From a virus (lineage: Duplodnaviria > Caudoviricetes), in IMG/VR virus record IMGVR_UViG_3300005805_000128, positions 1 to 49,673 of that record: a stretch of DNA of 49,673 nucleotides, one strand, 5' to 3'. Both the position numbers and the translations under genes were made by a program. The notes beneath the pieces were generated by a model. That model was not told the origin of the DNA, did not search any database, and was given only the letters and a program-made list of their open reading frames with translations. Below are positions 47,778 through 49,673 of this stretch, one piece after another. Numbering within the stretch: the first letter of the stretch is position 1; each line of letters begins with the position of its first letter.

Positions 47778-49091
47778 ATGCCTTATGACATTAAAAGAAA
47801 CTATGGTGGATGCAGCGGATATGCTGTTGTAGGACCATCAAAAACTCACGGATGCCATAGCACCCGTGCAGAAGCCGTTCAACAACAACGTGCACTATAT
47901 GCTGCCGAGGGCAATGCTAAAAAAAATCATGATGGTGCTATTACAAATGAAGATACACCAAATAAAGCCCCTCACTCTTTAGAAGATTGTGACGATCCAA
48001 AAAATTGTAAATATCATAAAGAAGAAATGGATAAAAAATCTCCTTGTTGGGATGGATACGTACAACGTGGTATGAAGCCTGGAGAAAATGGTCAAATGGT
48101 TCCAAATTGTGTACCAGTTAAAAAAGCAGATATGGAATGTTGTCCAGATTTAATTAAAGCAGAACATGAAATGAAAGAGGGAATGTTTGCCATGGGCCCA
48201 TATTCTAAAGGCATGGCACATGGAAAAATTGAACACGTAATGAAAGATGGTAGTCTTGCAACTGGATCAGAGTTTGAAGTTGTTGCTACACCAGATGATC
48301 CTGCAATATTAATAAGAATGTATGAACAATTAGGCGATGGTTGGCAAGGCACTGATTTATTTACAGCATTTAAGTCATCAGAGGCTATGTTAATTGGAAC
48401 AGAACAAGACATGATGGGTCACTCAATGGACAAAGCAGATTCTGTTCGTGTTGGACAAATGGTTTCGTGGAATTCAAGTGGTGGCAGGGCAGAGGGAAAA
48501 GTAATTAGAGTTATTAGAAATGGAAAGTTTAAAGTTCCAGATAGTTCTTTTGAAATTAACGGAACACCAGAAGATCCAGCAGTTGCGATAAGAGTTTATC
48601 GTGATGGAAAACCTACAGATACAATTGTTGGACATAAAATGAAAACATTGACAGTTAAAAAATCAATGGAAGAAATGGATTTAGAAAAAAGAAGCATTGA
48701 AGATTTAGATTTAAAACCAACAGAGTCTATGGCAAACAATGCTCGTAGAGGTTTAGAATTAAGAAGAAAGTTTGGTAGAGGTGGTACGGCAGTAGGGGTA
48801 GCACGTGCTCGTGATTTAGCAAACAGAAAAGAATTAAGTCCAGAAACAGTAGCAAGAATGTATTCTTTCTTTTCTCGTCACGAAGTAGATAAAAAGGGTA
48901 AGGATTGGAACAATTCTGAAAGACCATCAAATGGAAAAATTGCATGGCTACTGTGGGGTGGAGATTCTGGATACGCATGGTCTAGATCAAAATGGAGTGC
49001 AATTCAAAGAATTAGATCACAAAAATCAAATGATGCAGCATGGCATGGTACTGCATTTCAATTACAAAAAGATATTGACAACGATTTCTAA
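47778..49091 (+). CDS. Multi-module, probably head-associated protein with two SH3/Tudor-like (DUF2945-like) repeats
   Basis: TGATATAAT 6 nt before the ATG. Modules: GCH..RALYA, PCWDGY..VPNCVP, two TP[D/E]DPA..IR domains and a C-terminal GGT.VG.ARA...RM.SFF.RH...AW.LWGG domain. Confidence 0.6.
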   Translation: MPYDIKRNYGGCSGYAVVGPSKTHGCHSTRAEAVQQQRALYAAEGNAKKNHDGAITNEDTPNKAPHSLEDCDDPKNCKYHKEEMDKKSPCWDGYVQRGMKPGENGQMVPNCVPVKKADMECCPDLIKAEHEMKEGMFAMGPYSKGMAHGKIEHVMKDGSLATGSEFEVVATPDDPAILIRMYEQLGDGWQGTDLFTAFKSSEAMLIGTEQDMMGHSMDKADSVRVGQMVSWNSSGGRAEGKVIRVIRNGKFKVPDSSFEINGTPEDPAVAIRVYRDGKPTDTIVGHKMKTLTVKKSMEEMDLEKRSIEDLDLKPTESMANNARRGLELRRKFGRGGTAVGVARARDLANRKELSPETVARMYSFFSRHEVDKKGKDWNNSERPSNGKIAWLLWGGDSGYAWSRSKWSAIQRIRSQKSNDAAWHGTAFQLQKDIDNDF

Positions 49092-49103
49092 ATAGTATAG
49101 AAT
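49075..49103 (+). promoter_or_regulatory. Sigma70/SigA-type promoter
   Basis: TTGACA (49075-49080), 17 bp spacer, TAGAAT (49098-49103). AAGGAG RBS. Confidence 0.75.
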
Positions 49104-49123
49104 ATATAAAGGAGTTGTTATGC

Positions 49124-49516
49124 ATGGGCAAAATTTCAATTCAAAGTTTGTTCCAAGTATGCTTAGTGATTGCTGGACAAAGTCCAACAAACTTAACAAT
49201 AAACCTGTATTTCATAAAGAAAATTATTTCTGATAAACAGAAGGAAATTGAAATGAATAAGGATCTAACAGTAGAAGAGATTATGTCTGTGCCTCAAACA
49301 ATAAATAATCATATAGAAGAGCCGTTTGATGATGGTGAAGTCGAGGTAGCAATTATAAACAATAAGGCTTACTGGATTAAAAATAATACTGTATATACTT
49401 CTAAAGTAAATGAATTTGGAGATGTAGATCTTAAAACTGCTACCAAAATAGATGTTTTTTCTCTTTCTAATAAAGAAATGCAATTTTTAATGAAGATAGT
49501 AGATAGTCTTAACTAA
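49124..49516 (+). CDS. Hypothetical protein with a hydrophobic N-terminus
   Basis: AAGGAG upstream of ATG 49124. Paralogous to the next gene. Confidence 0.6.
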   Translation: MGKISIQSLFQVCLVIAGQSPTNLTINLYFIKKIISDKQKEIEMNKDLTVEEIMSVPQTINNHIEEPFDDGEVEVAIINNKAYWIKNNTVYTSKVNEFGDVDLKTATKIDVFSLSNKEMQFLMKIVDSLN

Positions 49517-49517
49517 T

Positions 49518-49673
49518 ATGGATACGTTTTTAAAGATTTTATTTGTAATGATTTTTTGTATAATAAATTATTATTTTATTCGTAAAAGTGTAAAAAAACA
49601 AGAAAGTGTAGATTTTTTCAATGTAGAAGTTATTGACAACAAGGCTCAATGGGTATATAATAATAAATTATAC
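49518..49673 (+). CDS. Membrane-anchored hypothetical protein, 3' truncated; paralog of the upstream gene
   Basis: MDTFLKILFVMIFCIINYYFIRK...VEVIDNKAQWVYNNKLY, open to the window end. Confidence 0.65.
   Translation, partial: MDTFLKILFVMIFCIINYYFIRKSVKKQESVDFFNVEVIDNKAQWVYNNKLY

Noticed and set aside
49120-49233. 37-aa ORF (MHGQNF...) behind the AAGGAG RBS
   Set aside because: The competing frame from ATG 49124 shows paralogy to the next gene, so it is preferred. The short ORF is not strictly excluded.
1-49673. tRNA, rRNA, integrase or reverse transcriptase/DGR
   Set aside because: None recognised. Intergenic spaces are short and accounted for by promoters, terminators or small ORFs. A tRNAscan/Infernal run would confirm.

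Overview
A 49.7-kb segment of a large, AT-rich (roughly 30-33% GC by eye) tailed dsDNA phage, probably a siphovirus. Nearly all genes are on the + strand and use the standard code. Gene order: two 2OG-Fe(II) oxygenases, putative holin, GT-B glycosyltransferase, secreted Rpf/SLT-like transglycosylase (- strand), class II RNR, a large virion protein, portal, protease-scaffold, major capsid, head-tail connectors, tail tube, an inserted two-gene nucleotide-sugar cassette, tail chaperone with a -1 frameshift, a 2462-aa tape measure, tail-tip genes, then DnaB, primase, SSB, DnaE, RecA, resolvases, a Cas4-like nuclease, terminase and a modular protein. Gene content and leaderless promoters suggest an actinobacterial host (inference). 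The strongest leads are: (1) a GC-rich 14/15-nt complementarity between the region just upstream of the capsid gene and the 5' leader of the tail-tube mRNA, where the leader can fold over its own RBS, suggesting an mRNA-mRNA switch; (2) a candidate virion-glycosylation system made of the sugar cassette, the glycosyltransferase and Ser-Ala-Ser motifs enriched in virion proteins; (3) a repeat-bounded cargo insert of about 520 aa in the tape measure; (4) a modular protein punctuated by the same x-K-[A/S] motif seen in portal, scaffold and capsid. No tRNA, rRNA, CRISPR array, integrase or intein was recognised. All assignments come from reading motifs by eye, without database searches.
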